Both the position numbers and the translations under genes were made by a program. This document shows positions 14,729-32,900 of a stretch of DNA of 64,000 nucleotides, piece after piece. Origin of the DNA: the human T2T-CHM13v2.0 reference genome, Homo sapiens; assembly GCF_009914755.1 (NCBI RefSeq), contig NC_060937.1; one strand, written 5' to 3'. Under the pieces are notes generated by a model. The model saw only the letters and a list, made by a program, of their open reading frames with translations, did no database searches and was not told the origin of the DNA. The stretch's first letter is position 1, and every line of letters starts with the position of its first letter.

Positions 14729-15065
14729 TGTTATAGGAAAGGTGTCCTGATCTAGACTCCAAGAGAGGGTTATTGGATCTGGTGCAAGAAAGAATTCAGG
14801 GCGAGTCCATAGAGTAAAGTGATAGCAAGTTTATTAAGAAAGTAGAAGAATAAAAGAATGGCTACTCTATAGACAGAGCAGCCCGAGGGCTGCTGGTTAC
14901 CCATTCTTATGGTTATTTCTAGATAATATGTTAAACAAGGGGTGGATTATTTATGCCTCCTTTTTTTTTTAAGACCATGTAGGGTAAATTTCTGATATTG
15001 CCATGGCATTTGTAAACTGTGGTGGAGCTAGTGGGAATGTAGCAGTGGGAGGACGACCAGAGGTC
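14729..15065 (-). mobile_element. MER41-type LTR, 3' part only (truncated)
   Basis: 'tgttataggaaagg...ccaagagaggg...caagaaagaattcagggcgagtccatagagtaaagtg...gtttattaagaaag' is the reverse complement of the MER41 3' end as recalled; similarity stops abruptly at ~15065. Confidence 0.8.
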
Positions 15066-15960
15066 TACAGGTATTTTTGGTAATCATCTTGAGAAATAAA
15101 GACTTCATAAATCATCTTACAGTTATGAAAATATATAACAACCATATTTCAACTGAATGCAAAGTTGTACCTTTTCATACCCCCACTGTGTTATTAATAT
15201 CACATATTATCTTTTCTTATTGAGTAACTATGAACACACATTTATGCAGATTTGTGCTTCATTTTTTAAACTCCATAGCAATATTTTGAAAATTTTGTGC
15301 ACCATCATTATGACAATAGAGATTTCTATACCTGTTTATATATTTACCTTTAATATAGCACTTTCTATTTTCATATGCTGTTATGATGCTGTGCAGCATC
15401 ATTTCATTTTTGGACTTGATAGACTTTTTTTTACATTTCCTTTAGGACTGATCTAGTGGTTAGTAACACACTCAACTTTTATTTATTCTGGAAAGGCTTA
15501 TTTTTTTTTATTTCTGAAGTGAAATTATTCCAGTTGAAGGTTTTTGTTTGGCAGTATATCTTCTTGTTTAATTACCTTGTCATCTGGGGATTTCTCAGCT
15601 ACTTTTTAAAAATAATCTCTTTGTTACTTTTCTGCTGTATTTTTTTTCTAAGACTCCTTTTATAAATACAATGGTCTACTTGATGGTGTGCAGTACGTCC
15701 CATATTTTTTTCTCTATTCTGTTTAAATAATTTGTTTTTATGACTCAGTATTTATAACTACAGTGTCATCAATTGTATGATTTTTTTCTGCTTTATTAGT
15801 CTGCTTTTGTGACTGTTGATTGAAATTTTAATATAGTTATTGTGTTATTCAGATTCACAGTTTTTGTTGGTTTCTAAAAATCTTTTGATATCTCATTTTC
15901 TTTATGTATCACTTCTAATATTATTTTGTTGTCTATGCTCTGTTTTTGTTAATTAAGCAG

Positions 15961-17385
15961 TTTTTTCCTAATTACATTTTATTGAAAACTGCACTGAATG
16001 CTAAATGTCCATCTTTACAATAAACAACTACAGTAACGGTAACTTGCACTAAAACAAAGGATACTTCTGATAGCCATTATTTTTCTGTTTGTGACAATTT
16101 TAAAGTTTTTCTTTTGTCACAAAAACAGGAAGGTACCTAATCAAAAGATCAAAATAGGCCATCTTTTTAAACAAAAAGGCAATGATTCACAAAAGACTAT
16201 GAACAGAACATGTAACTAATCGATGCAAATCAAATAGGATTTGTTAAAATCAGTCACATCCAATACATCTGAAGTGTTCTTGTATAAAATACAACGTGAA
16301 GAAAAGAAGACTTTATCAGTGTCTTAAAAAGTGGATTTCTTCATAGACAATCTGACAAGTTACCATTAAAAGTGTTTCTTGTGACATAAGAAAAAGCAAC
16401 ATTATTTTTCTTGAATCTTTTTAGTGCAAGACTTTCCACTCAATAAAATAGCAGAGTATCTGAAACTGAGAAAATATTTTTGATTACAAACAGCTTGTGA
16501 AACTTAATACTGCTTTTTTTTTTTGCATTATCGGAGGCTTTTTCTGAACTTACAACCAACTTGCCCACTCAGCATGCAGTTCAGATGTGAGAGACGCTTC
16601 TCTGTACAGGAGCCGGTACTGTCTTCAATCCTATGAGTGCAGGTGTCTACCACAGGCAAACAGTTTACTCCACATTTTCTAATAATGTGATCTTCCTATT
16701 AGCAAAAAGCTGTAACCAGTCCCTGTAGACTGAAGGGACTCAAGTGACAAGATGGGGATTTCCTCCTCATGGTTTTTATTTTGATGTTTGAAGTCCTGAT
16801 GCAACATTCTGAGCAGGGTGTTCCTGACCTGCTGTGCCCAAGGGACTGATAAAGGAAAAAGTTCTATTTATTCTTTGTGATTTGACGCACAGATGAAAAA
16901 CTTAACACACAATAACGGAAGCTGGTCGTTAATAAATCACACCCTAGTCTTTCAGAGCTTCCGTAAACAGACGACATCTTCAGCTTTCTAACTCTTGTAG
17001 TGTTAACACTGCAACATCAATGATGCATATGTCCAGAATCAGCTAAAAAGAGCGTCAGATTCTTTTTCTCTTAGTTCATCTATTTTTCACTGTCCTTGTT
17101 CCCAAGTGTATCAAAATGATTACCTTCCGGCATTCACTACTATTTCTCGTTGGGGTGCTCTCGATTATCCCCGTGATTGTGGGCTGGTTGGGAGAGGGCG
17201 CTTGGGAAGTATGTGCCACTGTCGGGAGGTTGTGAGTCACTGGGATGCCTCCAGGGATGATCCCTTCCATGGACGCAGGAAGTCCTCCTGGAGCCACGCC
17301 CACGATGACTGGATGAATTGCTTGTTGGTCTATTACTGACCAAAGTACAGATGTGACAAAGAATTCCTTGTTCACACAGTTTCTT
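15961..17385 (-). pseudogene. CTBP2: CTBP2 processed pseudogene, 3' portion (C-terminal codons, 3'UTR and poly-A remnant)
   Basis: Minus strand encodes [74 protein letters not shown], the CtBP2 C-terminus. TAG at 17140-17142, ~1.2 kb of UTR, AATAAA at 15978-15983 and A6 at 15961-15966. It is intronless, with a 33-nt deletion near 17310 and a 1-nt frameshift near 17177. The symbol refers to the parent gene. Confidence 0.92.
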
Positions 17386-20985
<3,600 letters not shown>

Positions 20986-20991
20986 TTAATC

Positions 20992-23900
20992 TGCCCTGTA
21001 GGCAGATCCTAGACAAGAGTTGCATCACCTGGGTGATCAGTGCAGAGATATTTCACAATGCCTCCTGTAGGCAGAGGGTAGACAAGTGTTACATCACCTA
21101 GGTGATCAGTGCAAAGATATTTCACAATACCCACTGTTGGCAAATCCTAGACAAGAGTTGCATCACCTGGGTGATCAGTGCAGACATATTTCACAATGCC
21201 CCCTGTAGGCAGAGGGTAGACAAGAGTTACATCACCTAGATGATCCGGGCAGAGATTTGTCAAAATTCCCTGTAGGTAGAGATTATAAAAGTGTTACATC
21301 ACCGAGGTGATCAGTGCAGAGATATGTCACAAAGCCCCCTGTAGGCAGAGCCTAAACAAGAATTCTCTCCCTGGGGTGATCAGTGCAGAGATATGTCATA
21401 GGCACCTGTAGGCAGAGCTTAGATGAGTTACATCACCTGGGTGATCAGTGTAAAGATATGTCACAAAGCCCCCTGTAGGCAAAGCCTAGACAATAGTTAC
21501 ATCAGTTGGGTGATCAGTGGAGAGATCTCTCACAATTCCCCTGTAGGCAGAGCTTATACAACAGTTACATCACCTGGGTGATCAGTGCAGAGATATGTCA
21601 CAAAGCCCCCATATGCAGACGCAAGACAAGAGTCCGTCACCTGGGTGCTCCGTGCAGAAACACGTCGCAATGTCCCCATAGGCAGAGCCTAGAAAAAAGC
21701 CCCATCACCTGGATAATCAGTGCAGTTATGTCACAAAGTCCCTTTAGGCAGATCCTAGACAAGTGTTACATCACCTGGTTGATCAGGGCAGAGATATGTC
21801 ACAATGCCACTGTAGGCAGAGCCTAGACAAGAGTTACATGACCTAGGTGATCAGTGCAGAGATACATCGCAATGCCCCTGTAGGCAGAGCCTTGACAAGT
21901 GGTATATCACCTGGGTGACCATTGCAGGGATATATCAAAAAGCACCCTGTAGGCAGATCCTAGACAAGAGTTACATCACCCGGGTGATCAGGGCAGAGAT
22001 ATGTCACAGTGCCATGTAGCGAGAACCTAGACAAAAGTTTCATCACCTGGGAGATCAGTGCAGAGATATGTCACAATATCCCCAGTAGGCAGAGCCCAGA
22101 CAAGAGTTGGATCACCTCGGGATCAGTGCAGAGATATGTCTCAATCCCCCTGTGGGGACAGCCTAGACAAGAGTTACATCACCTCGGTTAACAGTGCAGA
22201 TATATCTCAAAATGCTCCTGTAGGCAGAGCCTACACAAGTGTTACATCACTTAGGTGATCAGTGCAGAGATATGTCACAATACCCCCTGTAGGCAGAGCC
22301 TAGACAAGAGTTACATCACCTGGGTGATCAGTGCAGAGGTATATGACAAGGTCCCTTTAAGCAGAGCCAAGACAATAGTTACATCACCTGAGTGATCGGT
22401 GCAGAGATATGTCACAATGCCCCCTATAGGCAGAGCCTAGACAAAAGTTACATCACCTGGGTGATCAGTGCAGTGATACATCAACATTCCTCTGTAGGCA
22501 GAGCCTAGACAAGAGTTACATCATCTAGGTGATCAGTGCAGTGATATGTCACAAAAATCCCTGTGGACAGAGCCTAGACAAGAGTTACATCACCTGAGTG
22601 ATCAGGGCAGATATTTCACACAATGCCCCCATAGACAGAACCTAGACAATAATTACATCACCTGGGTTATCAGTGCAGAGATTATGTCACGAATCCACCT
22701 CTAGGCAGAGTATAGAAAATAGTCCCATCACCTGAGTGATCAGTGCAGAGATATGTCACAAAGACACCTGTAGGCAGAGGGTAGACAAGAGACCCATCAC
22801 CTGTGTGATCAGTGTAGTGATATGTCACAATGCCCTTGTAGGCAGAGCGTAGACAAGAGTTGCATTACCTGGGTGATCAGTGCAGAGAAATGTAACAATG
22901 CCCCCTCTGGGCAAAACCTAGAAAAGAGTTACATCGCCTACTTGATCAGTGCAGAGGTATTTCACAAAGCCCCCTGAAAGTACAGCCTAGAGAAGAGTTA
23001 CATCAATTGGGTGATCAGTGCAGTGATATGTCACAATTTCCCTATAGACAGAGCCTAGAAAATGGTTAAATCACCTGTGTGATCATTGCAGAGATATGTT
23101 ACAATACCCTCTGTTGGCACAGCCTAGAAAAGGGTTACATCTCCTCTGTGATCACTTCAGAGACATATCAAAACGAACCTGTAGGCAGACCCTACAAAAC
23201 AGTTACATCACCTAGGAGACCAGTGCAGAGGTATGTCACAATACCCCCGTAGGCAGAGCCCAGACAAGAGTTACATCACCTGGTGATCAGGGCAGAGATA
23301 TGTCACAATGTCCCCTGTAGGCAGAGCCCAGACAAGAGTTGCATCACCTCGGTGATCAGTGCAGAGGTATGTCTCAATGCCTCCTGTAGGCAAAGCCCAG
23401 ACAAGAGTTACATCATCTCGGTGATCAGTGCAGAGATATGTCAAAATGCCCCTGTGAGCAGAGCCTAGACAAAATTTACATCACCTGGGTGATCAGTGCT
23501 CAGACAAGTCACAATGTCCATGTAGGCAGAGTCTAGACAAGTGTTACATCACCTGGGTGATCATTGCAGAGTGATGTCACAATGCCCTCTGTAGGTAGAT
23601 ACTAGACAAGAGTTACGTCACCTGAGAGATCAGTGCAGAGATGTGTCACAACGCACTCTGTAGGCAAACATTAGTCAAGAGTTACATCACATATGTGATC
23701 AGCGCAGATATATGTCACTATGTTCCTGTGGCCACGCATAGAAAAGAGTTACATCATCTGGGTGATCAATGCAGAGATATGTCACGATGTCTCCAGTAGG
23801 CAGAGCGTAGACATGAGTTACATCACCTCGGTGATCAGTGCAGAGATACCTCAAAATACCCCCTGTAGGCAAAGTCTAGACAAGAGTTACATCAACTGGG

Positions 23901-26900
23901 AGATCAGTGTAGAGATATGTCAAAAATCCCACTGTAGGCAAAGCCTAGACAAGTTTTAAATAACCTCAGTGATCAGTGCAGAGATGTGTCCCAGTGCCCA
24001 TGTAGTCAGAGCTTAGACAAATGTCACATCTCCGGATTGATCATTGCAGAGATACGTCACAATGCCCCCATAGGCAGAGCCTGGACAAGAGTTACATCAC
24101 CTAGTTGATCAGTGCAGAGATATGTCACAAAGTCCCCTGTAGGCAGAGCCTAGAGAAGAGTTGCATCACCTGGGTGATCAGTGCAGAGATATGTCAGGAT
24201 GTCCCCTGTAGGCAAAGCCTAGGCAAGAGTTACATCACCTTTCTCATCAGTTCAGAGATACGTCAAAACGCCCCTGTAGGTAGAGCCTAGACAAGAGTTA
24301 CATCACCTAGTTGATCAGTGCAGAGATATTTCACAATACCCTCTTTAGGCAGATCCTAGAGAAGAGTTGCATCACCTGGGTGATCAGTGCAGAGATATAT
24401 CAAAATGCCCCCTGTAGGCAGAGCCTAAACAAGAGTTACATCACCTAGGTGATCAGTGCAGAGATTTGTCAAAATTCCCTGTAGGCAGAGCTTATAAAAC
24501 TGTTACATCGCCTAGGTGATCAGTGCAGAGATGTCTCACAAAGCCCCCTGTAGGCAGAGCCTAGACAAGAATTCCCACCCCGGGAGTGATCAGTGCAGAG
24601 ATATATCACAAGGCCCCTGTAGGCAGAGCTTAGATGAGTTACATCACCTGGGTGATCAGTGAACAGATATGTCACAAAGCCCCGTGTAGGAAAAGCCAAG
24701 ACAATAGTTAAATCACTTGGGCGATCAGTGGAGAGATCTCTCACAACTCACAAGTAGGCAGAGCTTATACAACAGTTACATCACCTCGGTGATCAGTGCA
24801 GAGATATGTCATAACGCCCCCATAGGCAGATACAAGACAAGAGTCCGTCACCTGGGTGATCAGAGCAGAAATACGTCACAATGCCCCCGTAGGCAGAGCC
24901 TAGACAAAAGCCCCATCACCTGGATGATGAGGGCAGAGTTACATCACAAAGACCCTTTAGGCAGATCCTAGACAAGAGTTAAATCAGTTGGGTGATCAGT
25001 GCAGAGATATGTCGCAATGCCACTGTAGGCAGAGCCTAGGCAAGAGTTACATGACCCAGGTGATCAGTGCAGAGATACATAACAATGCCCCTGTAGGCAG
25101 AGCCTTGACAAGTGGTACATCACCTGGGTGATCATTGCAGGGATATGTCACAAAGCAGCCTGTAGGCAGATCCTAGACAAGAGTTACATAACCTGGGTGA
25201 TCAGTGCAGGGATATGTCACAATGCCAGTGTAGGCAGAGTCTAGACAAGAGTTACATGACCTAGGTGATCAGTGCAGAGATACATCGCAATGCCTTTGTA
25301 GGCAGAGCCTTGACAGGTGGTACATCACCTGGGTGAGCAGTGCAGAGATATGTCACAAGGTCCCTGTAGGCAGAGCCTAGACAAGAGTTATATAACCTGG
25401 GTGATAAGTGCAGTGATATGTCACAATGCCGTGTAGCCAAAGCCTAGACAAATGTTTCATCACCTGGGAGATCAGTGCAGAGATATGTCACAATGTCCCC
25501 AGTAGGCAGAGCCCAGAAAAGAGTTGGATCACCTCGGGATCAGTGCAGAGATACGTCTCAATCCCCCTGTGGGAACAGCGTAGACAAGAGTTAAATCACC
25601 TTGCTTATCAGGGCAGAGGTATGTCAAAATGCCAGTGTAGGCAGAGCCTACTCAAGTGTTACATCACTTAGGTGATCAGTGCAGAGATATGTCAAAATAC
25701 CCCCTGTAAGCAGAGCCTAGACAAGAGTTACATGACCTAGGTGATCAGTGAAGAGATACACAGCAAAGCCCCTGTAGGCAGAGCCTTGACAAGTGGTATA
25801 TCACCTGGGTGACCATTGCAGGGATATGTCAGAAAGCACCCTGTAGGCAGATCCCAGACAAGGGTTACATCACCTGGTTGATCAGTAAAGAGATATTTCA
25901 AAATGCAACAGCAGGCAGAGCATAAGCAAGAGTCCCATCACCAGGGTGGTCAGTGCGGAAATATGTTGCAATGCCCCCATAGGCAGACCCAACATAAGAG
26001 TTACATCACCTGGGTGATCAGTGTAGAGATATGTCACAATGCCCCCATAGGCAGAGCCTAGACAAAAGTCCCATCACCTGGGTGATCAGTGCAGAGATAT
26101 GTCACGAAGCCCCTGTAGGCAGAGCCGAGACAAAAGTTACATCACCGGGATGATCAATACAGAGTGATGTCACAAAGGACCTTGTAGGCAGAGCCTAGAG
26201 AAGAGTTGCATTACCTGGGTGATCAGTGCAGAGATATGTCACAATACCCCCTTGAGGCAGAGCCTAGACAAGAGTTACATCACCTGGGTGATCAGGGCAG
26301 ATAGGTCACAAGCACCCTGTAGGCAGAGCCCAGACTAGAGTTGCATCATCTTGGTGATCAGTGCAGAGATATGTCTCAATGCCTCCTGTCGGCAAAGCCC
26401 AGAGAAGAGTTACATCATCTCCGTGACCAGTGCAGAGATATGTCAAAATGCACCTGTGGGCAGAGCCCAGACAAAATTTACATCACCTGGGTGATCAGTG
26501 CAGAGACATGTCACAATGTCCATGTAGGCAGAGCCTAGACAAGGGTTACATCACCTGGGTGATCATTGCAGAGTGATGTCACAACGCCCTCTGTAGGCAG
26601 ACACTAGACAAGAGTTACCTCACCTGAGAGATCAGTGCAGAGATATGTCACAATGCCCTCTGTAGGCAAAGACTAGACAAGAGTTACATCACCTGTGTGA
26701 TCAGTGCAGATATATGTCACTATGTCCCTGTGGCCAGAGCCTAGACAAGAGTTACATCACCTGGGTGATCAGTGCAGAGATAAGTCACAATGTCTATCAC
26801 AATGTCTCCAGTAGGCAGAGCCTAGACAAGAGTTACATCACCTGGGTGATCACATCAGAGATATGTCACAATGCCCCCTGTGGGCAGATCCCAGACAAGA

Positions 26901-29900
26901 GTTGCATCACCTCGGTGATCAGTGCAGTGATATATTAAAATGCCCCTGTAGGCAGAGCCTAGACAAGAGTTACATCACCTGGGTGATCAGTGCAGAGATA
27001 TGTCACGATGTCCCCTGTAGGCAGAGCCTAGGCAAGAGTTACATCACCTTTGCCATCAGTTCAGAGATATGTTAAAATGCCCCTTTAGGCAGATCCTAGA
27101 CAAGACTTGCATCACCTGGGTGATCAGTGCAGAGATTTTTCACATTGCCCCCTGTAGGCAGAGGGTAGAAAAAAGTAACATCACCTAGGTGATCAGTGCT
27201 GAGATATTTCACAATACCCACTGTAGGCAGATCCTAGACAAGACTTGGATCACCTGGGTGATCAGTGCAGAGATTTTTCGCATTGCCCCCTGTAGGCAGC
27301 GGGTAGAGAAGTGTTAAATGACCTAGGTGATCAGTGCAGACATTTGTCAAAATTCCCTGTAGGCAGAGCTTATAAAAGTGTTACATCACCTAGGTGATCA
27401 GTGCAGAGATATATGTCACAAAGCTCCCTGTGGGCAGAGCCTAGCCAAGATTTCTCTCTCCAGGAGTGATAAGTGCAGAGATATGTCACAAAGCCCCTGT
27501 AGGCAGAGCTTAAATGAGTTACATCACCTGGGTGGTGAGTGCAAAGTTATGTCACAAAGCCCCCTGTAGGCTAAGCCTAGACAATAGTTACATTACTTGG
27601 GGGATGAGTAAAGACATCTCTCACAATTCCCCTGTAGGCAGAGCTTATACAACAGTTACACCACCTGGGTGATCAGTGCAGAGATATGTCACAATGTCCC
27701 CATAGGCAGATGCAAGACAAGAGTCCGTCACCTGGGTGATCAGTGCAGAAATAAGTCAGAATGCCCCCGTAGGAAGAGCCTAGACAAAAGCCCCATCACC
27801 TGGATGATCAGTACAGGGTTCTGTCACAAAGTCCATTTAGGCAGATCCTAGACAAGAGTTATATCACCTGGGTGATCAGTGCAGAGATATGTCACAATGC
27901 CACTGCAGGCAGAGCCTAGACAAGAGTTACATGACCTAGGTGATCAGTGCAGAGATACATCGCAATGCCCCTTTAGGCAGAGCCTTGACAAATGGTACAT
28001 CACCTGGATGATCATTGCAGGGATATGTCACAAAGCAGCCTGTAGGCAGATCCTAGACAATAGTTATATCACCTGGGTGATCAGTGCAGAGATATGTCAC
28101 AATGCCACTGTAGGCAGAGCCTAGACAAGAGTTATATCACATGGGTGATCAGTGTAGTGATATGTCACAATGCCGCGTGGCCAGAGCCTAGGCAAAGGTT
28201 ACATCACCGGGGAGATCAGTGCAGAGATATGTCACAATGCACTCTGTAGGCAAAACCTAGAGAAGAGTTGCATCACCTGGGTGATCAGTGCAGAGATATG
28301 TTACAATGCACCCTGTAAGCAATGCCTAGACAAGAGTTACATCACCTCGGTGATCACTTCAGAGATATGTCATAACGCCCCTGTAGGCAGAACCTAGAAA
28401 TAAGTTACATCACCTGGGTGATCAGGGCAGAGATATGTCACAATGCGCCCTGTAAGGAGAGCCCAGACAAGAGTTGCATCACCTCGGTGATCAGTGAAGA
28501 GATATGTCTCAATTAGTCCTGTCGGCAAAGCCCAGAGAAGAGTTACATCATCTCGGTGATCAGTGCAGAGATATGTCAAAATGCCTCTGTGGGCAGAGCC
28601 TAGACAAAATTTACATCACCTGGGTGATCAGTGCAGAGACATGTTACAATGTCCATGTAGGTAGAGCCTAGACAATGGTTACATCACCTGGGTGATCATT
28701 GCAGAGTGATGTCACAACGCCCTCTGTAGGCAGAGACTAGACAAGAGTAACCTCACCTGAGAGATCAGTGCAGAGATATGTCACAACGCCCTCTGTAGGC
28801 AAAGACTAGAGAAGAGTTACATTACCTGTGTGATCAGTGCAGATATATGTCACTATGTCCCTGTGGCCAGAGCCTAGACAAGAGTTACATCACCTGGGTG
28901 ATCAGTGCAGAGATAAGTCACAATGTCTCCAGCAGGCAGAGCCTAGACAAGAGTTACATCACCTGGGTGATCAGGTCAGAGATATGTCACAATGCCACCC
29001 GTAGGCAGATCCCAGACAAGAATTACATCACCTGGGTGATCAGTGCAGAGATATCTCACAATACCCCTGTAAGCAGAGCGTAGGCAAGAATTACATCAAC
29101 TGGGAGATCAGTGCAGAGATATGTCATAAATACTACTGTAGGCAAAACCTAGACAAGTGTTACATCACCTCAGTGATCAGTGTAGAGATATGTCCCAATG
29201 CCCCTGTAGGCAGAGCTTAGACAAGAGTTACATCACCTGGGTGATCAGTGCAGAGATAAGTCACAATGCTCCCATAGGCAGAGCCCAGACAAGAGTTACA
29301 TAACCCGGGTGATATGTGCAGAGTGATGTCACAACGCCATCCGTAGGCATAGACTAGAAAAGAGTTACATCACCTGGGTGATCCGTGCAGAGATATGTCA
29401 CAATGTCCCCTGTAGGCAGAACATAGAGAAGAGTTGCATCACCCGGGTGATCAGTGCAGAGCTATGTCAAAAAGTCCCCTGTAGGCAAAGCCTAGGCAAG
29501 AGTTACATCACCTTTCTCATCAGTTCAGAGATATGTCAAAACGCCCCTGTAGGCAGAGCCTAGAAAAGAGTTACATCACCTAGTTGATCGGTGCAGAGAT
29601 ATTTCACAATACCCCCTGTAGGCAGATCCTAGACAAGAGTTGCATCACTTGGGTTATCAGTGCAGAGATAGTTCACAATGCCCCCTGTAGGCAGAGGGTA
29701 GACAAGAGTTACATCACCTAGGTGATCAGTGCAGAGATTTGTCAAAATTCCCTGTAGGCAGAGCTTATAAGTTTTACATCACCTAGGTGATCAGTGCAGA
29801 GATCTCTCACAAAGGCCCCTGTAGGCAGAGCCTAGACAAGAATTCTCTCCACGGGGTGATCAGTGCAGAGATATGTCACAATGCCACTGTTCGCAGAGCC

Positions 29901-32900
29901 TAGATAAGAGTTACATGACTTAGGTGATCAGTGCAGATACATCGCAATGTCCCTGTAGGCAGAGCCTTGACAAGTGGTACATCATCTGGGTGATCATTGC
30001 AGGGATATGTCACAAAGCACCCTGTAGGCAGATCCTAGACAAGAGTTACATCACCTGGGTGAGCAGTGCAGAGGTATGTCACAAGACTCCTGTAGGCAGA
30101 GCCTAGACAAGAGTTATATCACCTGGGTGATAAGTGCAGTGATATGTCACAATGCCGTGTAGCCAGAGCCCAGACAAATGTTACATCACCAGGGAGATCA
30201 GTGCAGAGATATGTCACAATGTCCCCAGTAGGCAGAGCCCAGAAAAGAGTTGGATCACCTCGGGATCAGTGCAGAGATACGTCTCAATCCCCCTGTGGGA
30301 ACAGCGTAGACAAGGGTTAAATCACCTTGCTTATCAGGGCAGAGGTATGTCAAAATGCCACTGTAGGCAGAGCCTACTCAAGTGTTACATCACTTAGGTG
30401 ACCAGTGCAGAGATATGCCAAAATACCCCCTGTAAGCAGAGCCTAGACAGGAGTTATATCACCTGGGTGATCAGTGCAGAGATATGTGACAAGGCCCCTT
30501 TAAGCAGAGCCTAGACAATGGTTACATCACCTGAGTGATCAGTGCAGAGATCTGTCACGGTGCCCCTTTAGGCAGAGCTTACACCAGAGTTACATCACCT
30601 GGGTGAGCAGTGCAGAGATATGTCACAATGCCCCCATAGGCACATCCAAGACAAGAGTCCGTCACCTAGATGATCAGTGCAGAAATATGTGACAATGACC
30701 GCTGTAGGCAGAGCCTAGAGAAGAGTCCCATCACCTGGGTGATCAGTGCTGAGTTATGCCACAATGCCCTCTGTAGGCAGAGCCTAGACAAGATTTACAT
30801 CACCTGGTGGTTCAGTAAAGAGATATTTCACAATGCCCCTGCAGGCAGAGCATAAGCAAGAGTTACATCACCTAGATGATCAGTGGAGAGATATGTCACA
30901 AGACCCCCTATAGGCAGAGCCTGGACAACAGTTACATCACCTCGGTGATCAATGCAGTGATATGTCACTATGCGCCAGTAGGCAGAGCCTAGTCAAGCAT
31001 TACATCACCTGGGTCATCAGTGCAGAGATATGTCACAAAGCCCCCATACACAGAGCCTAGACAAGAGTCCCATCACCAGGGTGATCAGTGCAGAAATATG
31101 TCACAATGCCCCCTAGGCAGATCCAACACAAGAGTTAAATCACCTCGATTATCAGTGTAGAGGTATGTCAAAATGCCCCCGTAGACAGAGCCTAGACAAA
31201 AGTCCCATCACATGGCTGATCAGTGCAGAGATATGTCACAAAGCCCCTGTAGGTAGAGCCTAGACAAGAGTTACATCATTTGGTTTATCAGTTCAGAGAT
31301 GTGTCACAATGCCTATGTAGGCAGAGCCTAGACAAGTGTTTCATCAGCTGGATGAGCAGTGCAGAGATATGTGACAAGGCCCCTTTAAGCAGAGCCTAGA
31401 CAATAGTTACATCATCTGAATGATCAATGCTGTGATATGTCACTATGCCCCAGTAGGCAGAGCCTAGTCAACGGTTTCATCACGTAGGTGATCAGTGCAG
31501 AGATATGTCACAAAGCCCCCATACACAGAGCCTGGAAAAGAGTCCCATCACCTGGGTGATTAGTGCAGAAATATGTCGCAATGCCCCCATAGGCAGATCC
31601 AACACAAGAGTTATATCACCTGGGTGGTCAGTGTAGAGATATGTCACAATGCCCCCGTAGGCAGAGCCTAGACAAAAGTTCCATCAGCTGGGTGATCAGT
31701 GCAGAGATATGTCACAAAACCCCTGTAGGCAGAGGCTAGACAAGAGTTACATCACTTGGTTGATAAGTTCAGAGATGTGTCACAATGCCCATGTAGGCAG
31801 AGCCTTGACAAGTGTTCCATCAGCTGGGTGATCGGTGCAGAGATATGTCGCAATGCCCCCTATAGGCAGAGCCTAGACAAGAGTTACATCACCTGGGTAA
31901 TGAATGCAGTGATACATCAAAATGCCCCTGTAGGCAGAGCCTAGACAAGAATTAAATCATCTAAGTGATCAGTGCAGTGATACCTCACAAAAATCCTTTC
32001 AGACAGAGCCTAAACAAGAGTTACATCACCTGGGTGATCAGTGCAGATATTTGACACAATGACCCCATAGACAGAGCCTAAACAAGACTTCCATCACCTG
32101 GGTGATCAGTGCAGAGGTATGTCACAAATACCCCTGTAGGCAGAGCCTAGAGAAGAGTTGCATCGCCTGGGTGATCAGTGCAGAGGTATGTCACAATACC
32201 CCCGTAGGCGGAGGCTAGACAAGAGTTACATCACCTGGGTGATCAGTGAAATGAAACATCTAAATGCCTCTGTAGGCAGAGCCTAGATGAGAGTTACATC
32301 ATCTAGGTGATCAGTGCAGTGATATGTCACAAAAATCCCTGTAGACAGAGCCTAGACAAGACTTCCATCACCTGGGTTATCAGTGCAGAAATGTCACAAA
32401 TCCCCCTCTAGGCAGAGTATAGAGAAAAGTCCCATCACCTGAGTGATCAGTGCAGAGATATGTCATGAAGACCCCTGTAGGCAGAGTGTAGGGAAGAGTC
32501 CCATCACCTGTGTTATCAGTGTAGTGATATATCACAATGCCGCTGTAGGCAGAGAGTAGAAAAGAGTTGCATTACCTGGGTGATCAGTATGGAGATATGT
32601 AACAATGCCCCCTCAGGGCAAAACCTAGAAAAGAGTTATATCGCCTAGTTGATCAGTGCAGAGGTACGTCACAAAACTCCCTGAAAGTACACCCTAAAGA
32701 AGAGTTACATCACCTGGGTGATCAGTGCAGTGATATGTCACAATTCCCCTGTAGGCAGAGCCTAGAAATGGGTTACATCACCTGGGTGATCACTATAGAG
32801 ATGTGACAAATCCCCCTTTAGGCAAAGCCTAGAAAGGAGTTGCATCATCTGGGGAATCAGTGCAGAGATATCTCACAATGCACCCATAGGGAGAGCTTAG

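Noticed and set aside
17076-17375. 99-aa CtBP2-like protein-coding gene
   Set aside because: It has a non-ATG start, covers only the C-terminal tail, carries a deletion and a frameshift, and is preceded by an L1 tail rather than a promoter or exons.
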